From NCBI GenBank assembly GCA_026645875.1, contig JAPKMQ010000001.1, positions 1 through 59,466 of the forward strand: 59,466 bases of DNA. The letters run 5' to 3'. The DNA is from Longilinea sp. (GTDB lineage: Bacteria; Chloroflexota; Anaerolineae; Anaerolineales; Anaerolineaceae). Under the pieces are notes generated by a model. It was not told the origin of the DNA and searched no databases. It worked only from the letters and a program-made list of their open reading frames with translations. The position numbers and the translations under genes were made by a program. Below, one piece after another: positions 57,001 to 59,466 of the stretch. Numbering within the stretch: position 1 is the stretch's first letter; each line of letters begins with the position of its first letter.

Positions 57001-59466
57001 GGTTTCTTCCTCCGGTTCACGCTTCACATCTTCACGCTTCACCCCTTCTTTTACAAACCCCATCACTTTCGCCAGCGTATTGTAGTCCGACAGGCGCAGA
57101 TCCTCCCTTCGCTGGATGCCGTAATGCTCGCGAACCGCGGCGAACAACTCGGCCTGTTTGACCGTGTCGATGCCCAGGTCGGCTTCGAGATCGAGGTCTA
57201 ACTCGAGCATCTCGGGTGGGTAGCCGGTCTTTTCGGAGACAAGGGTGAGGAGATGCTGTTGGATTTCGGAATCGTGAACCGTGAGGCGTGAGTCGTGAAC
57301 CGTTTCTGGAACCGGTGAGGTTTCTTCCACCGGTTCACGCTTCACCTCTTCACGCTTCATACTGCTCACAGCCCACATAGTCGGCCCCTGGCCGTACTGC
57401 CACACGGATTTCCGCGGTTCGTGCTGCGGTGCGCCCAGGTCGCAGATGCGCAGCGTGTGTTGAACCACCTCGGTCTCTGCGTGGTCATACCCGGCCACAG
57501 CCGCCATCCAGCGGCTGTATGCCTGCACGTCGATGCGCTCGCCCACGCCGGGCACCCGGCGGGTCAGCGACATGGCAATCTGCGAGCCAAAGCCCGCCCC
57601 CAGCCGCAGCGCGAATTCGGGCTGGTACGTCCCGCCGCGTGAGAGGTTCAGGTCGCCCAGCTCGGGGTCTGGGTCAAAGCCGTCATCGATGTGCGCAATG
57701 GGCGGCACCTGGCCGGTTTCCAACGCCTTGACCGCCACCACGTCCTCGACGCCTACACCCATGGTATGCCCGGTAAAACCCTTGGTATTTGAAACGATCA
57801 CCTGGTTGGCCTGCGGGCCAAAGGTGGAACGCAGCGCGTGGATCTCAGCCGCTGCCGATCCGCCGCGCGCCGGGGTGTAGGTTTCATGCGACATGAACAT
57901 CATACTGCCGGCCATTTCCGCGCGCTTCAAGCCAAAGCGCTGCTCGGCCACCGACACCAGCCGTTCCATCACCTCGCTGATGTGCTGCACGTTCAGACGC
58001 GTGCCGTGATATGCACTGTTGGCAATCTGGGTGGAGAGAATCTCGCAGATGGCGCGTACGCCGCGCTCGCGGGCTGCGTCTTCGCTTTCCACCACCAGCG
58101 CGGCCGCGCCCATGCCCATGATCATGCCGTTGCGGCGGCGGTCAAAAGGCAGCGCTGCCATGCGCAGGTTCTCCTCGGTGGTGGTCGCGCCGCTGGCCAG
58201 CAGACCGGTGCCGATCCAGTTCACCAGGTTGCCGTCAGTCACGTCGTCGCCGGCGATGACCACCACGCGGCGGCAGCGCCCGGTGCGGATCCAGTCTTCG
58301 GCAATACTGACCGCGTGAGTGGTGGTGGCGCAGGCGGCATTGACATAGGTGTTCGGGCCGCGCGCGCCGATATACTCGGCAAATTGCGAATGGCCCATCG
58401 CCAGGATGCGGAAGATGAAACGCCGGTCAAAGTGATAATCCAGCTTGGCCAGTTGCGCTTCCAACTCTAGCACGCGCTGGTCCAGCGCCTGCCGCACTTG
58501 TGCCTGGTCCGCGAATTGGGCCTGCATGGCGCGCACCTCTGCCAGTTGGTTGGTCAGCGATTGGTGCTCCGAGAAGCGCGCCGATTCTTCCGCCAGCCGC
58601 TCCACGCCCGGGAAGGCTGAACCGAAGATCACGCCGGTCTCATCCGCCAGCGCTTCCGGCAGCATCCAGCGGTCGGGCAGGTACGAGCCCGTGCTGGTGC
58701 GCTTGTATCGCATCACCAGCGGGATGCCCGCATCGCGCAGCGCCTCCACCCCGGCGGCAATGGCAAGCTGGGTGGAAATGTCGGTGGCTTCCACGCGCTC
58801 GAGCGGCACACCGAATTCGGCTGCCAGGTCAAAGTCACCGCTTTGCCCGGCCAGTTTCACCGTCTGATCCAGCGAGTCGATGGTCACCATCTGGGCGCCA
58901 GACTCGCTTTTCTCCAGGCGGGTCACGCGCCGTTCCAGCATGGCGGCGCGGGCCTCATCTGGCAGCGGTTCAATCATCTGTTCGCCGCGCAGAATGCGCG
59001 CCACATTATCTTCCTCAAAGACGTGCTTGCCTCTGCCGGGCAATCCTAACCCCGCGCCAGTGATCACCACCGAGCCAGTCAACGGCAGGCGGCCGTCGGA
59101 AACCGCGGTCGGTTCTGGAGTGGCAACCACCGAAATCTCCAGCGGCAGTTCGCGCTGTTCCATGCTGGCACGCGGCCCCACCCCAGCTGCATACAACCCG
59201 GCCAGGGCTTCATTGAAGCTGGTGCGCGCACCCTTGCGCGGATGGTTGGTCGCCACAATGGTGATGCCCTCGGTTTCTTTGAGGATATCGGTCGTCAGCG
59301 CGCTCAGCACGCGCTTGGGACCCACTTCGGCGAACACGCGCGCGCCCTGTTCGTACAGGGTCTGCACGCCGCGGATGAACTGCACCGGCGATGCCACCTG
59401 CCGGGCCAGGATATCGAGAACTTCTTCTTTGCCGGTCGGGTACAGCCCGCCGGTCACGTTGGCGAC
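54097..59466 (-). CDS. PfaA-like iterative type I PKS/FAS, 5'-truncated: (AT)-KS-ACP-ACP-KR-DH
   Basis: Frame is open to the window edge (VANVTG). AT end SPVQF...EVGP; KS NAAC, HET, KGFTGH; two LEADLGIDTVK ACPs; KR GGSGGI and GQTDYSAAN; DH H.L.G.PVLPG. Confidence 0.9.
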   Translation of the reverse strand, partial: VANVTGGLYPTGKEEVLDILARQVASPVQFIRGVQTLYEQGARVFAEVGPKRVLSALTTDILKETEGITIVATNHPRKGARTSFNEALAGLYAAGVGPRASMEQRELPLEISVVATPEPTAVSDGRLPLTGSVVITGAGLGLPGRGKHVFEEDNVARILRGEQMIEPLPDEARAAMLERRVTRLEKSESGAQMVTIDSLDQTVKLAGQSGDFDLAAEFGVPLERVEATDISTQLAIAAGVEALRDAGIPLVMRYKRTSTGSYLPDRWMLPEALADETGVIFGSAFPGVERLAEESARFSEHQSLTNQLAEVRAMQAQFADQAQVRQALDQRVLELEAQLAKLDYHFDRRFIFRILAMGHSQFAEYIGARGPNTYVNAACATTTHAVSIAEDWIRTGRCRRVVVIAGDDVTDGNLVNWIGTGLLASGATTTEENLRMAALPFDRRRNGMIMGMGAAALVVESEDAARERGVRAICEILSTQIANSAYHGTRLNVQHISEVMERLVSVAEQRFGLKRAEMAGSMMFMSHETYTPARGGSAAAEIHALRSTFGPQANQVIVSNTKGFTGHTMGVGVEDVVAVKALETGQVPPIAHIDDGFDPDPELGDLNLSRGGTYQPEFALRLGAGFGSQIAMSLTRRVPGVGERIDVQAYSRWMAAVAGYDHAETEVVQHTLRICDLGAPQHEPRKSVWQYGQGPTMWAVSSMKREEVKREPVEETSPVPETVHDSRLTVHDSEIQQHLLTLVSEKTGYPPEMLELDLDLEADLGIDTVKQAELFAAVREHYGIQRREDLRLSDYNTLAKVMGFVKEGVKREDVKREPEEETSPVPETIHDSRLTIHDTEIQQHLLSLVSEKTGYPPEMLELDLDLEADLGIDTVKQAELFAAVRENYGIPRREDLRLSDYNTLAKVMSFVKDGLKREAEVKHESEVDTSPLAETAHDSHSTPHDASISRRIPVPVLQPRLELCLPTGVALDESSRVLVVADEGGAAVALARKLRGRKAAVVKVQPDSSDEFRQKLLDLQKEGPFDGVYFLPGLDGEPAITEMNLEEWNNLLETRLFALDGVLRGLPEKAFLVCATRMGGLHGYGPQPDAAAMSGSTRGLAKAIAREREGMLVKVVDFESVASHAQVANCLIEETLSDSSLVEVGREGDLRFGVALTGQALSTQSTGIEVMAELPKGAVFIVSGGSGGITAPVVQDLARATRGRFYLLGRSELPSPQDADLALLRNDREALKREIARRLADAGERATPSRVDAKLAALERAAATIETMAQVRQMGGKAVYIACDVTSPKAVDAAIQQVLDAEGRVDVLIHAAGIDHSRKLESKPVEEFRQVVAVKAGGLFHLWKALENRGSLPGHLAVFTSIAGRFGNGGQTDYSAANDLAARMVAAVRMEHPEIHAVALDWGAWAEVGMAARGYIPRLMQMAGIEMLDPQAAAPLVRAELERGIVSEVVLAGALGQLDHPVSAEGGLDLERANRALRDGKPIHTMLSRVTGMSLNEGVLLEAELDPNNEPFLKDHALNGIPVLPGVMGIEGFSVAARHIASVLGSAKAGFDVARLEDIQFLAPFKFYRNQPRRASWKARAVRTADGLTADVLLESDMLLHNRNVEHMRHFSGRVILQPHITQEEMTVKPPHWNGAYTVQAAEIYKLYFHGPAFQVLEGVQRSGEVVLGKLQRNLPAITSQGHALLSTPILLELCLQTAGVWEAGLTGTLALPSSIGELRIHRQKTNGVAIFAEVTPGRSADGNLMFDARVVDAKGRVYLEIDNYRTSPLPYSAEDELIQPFKTLVQGK
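56725..57360 (-). repeat. Tandem duplication of a 318-bp linker+ACP unit; a partial third linker extends to about 56630
   Basis: Equivalent Thr codons at 57163-57165 and 56845-56847; near-identical protein with many synonymous differences. Confidence 0.9.

Noticed and set aside
56630-57360. CRISPR-like array
   Set aside because: The repeats are in-frame ACP/linker duplications without unique spacers, and no cas genes are present.
59455-59457. GTG start of the PKS as given by the ORF track
   Set aside because: The frame stays open to the window edge and begins inside an AT domain, so the gene is 5'-truncated.

Overview
Gene-dense, GC-rich bacterial chromosome segment. The gene set (DUF2089/SHOCT pair, roadblock-V4R pair, Pro/Thr-rich lipoproteins, CoaE with a C-terminal extension, CdaA/CdaR) suggests Chloroflexota, probably Anaerolineae; this is inference. 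It holds about 52 CDS, one apparently frameshifted GH13 gene and one tRNA-Phe(GAA). I found no CRISPR array, rRNA, integrase or transposase. The most unusual locus is at the right end: a truncated PfaA-like iterative type I PKS/FAS with an atypical order (...AT-KS-ACP-ACP-KR-DH), next to an Sfp-type PPTase, a PfaD enoyl reductase and an alpha/beta hydrolase. Both visible ACPs carry Thr (DLGIDTVK) where the phosphopantetheine-accepting Ser normally sits. Other highlights: a structured leader of about 80 nt and a triple 9-mer operator before the DUF2089 operon; a CelR/CebR-like box over the promoter of tandem GH94 phosphorylases; a GH13 gene split by a 13-bp insertion with a 9-bp duplication; menA beside an uncharacterised ABC importer; a tRNA-Phe with C at T-loop position 55. 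All family calls come from motif recognition by eye; no searches were run.
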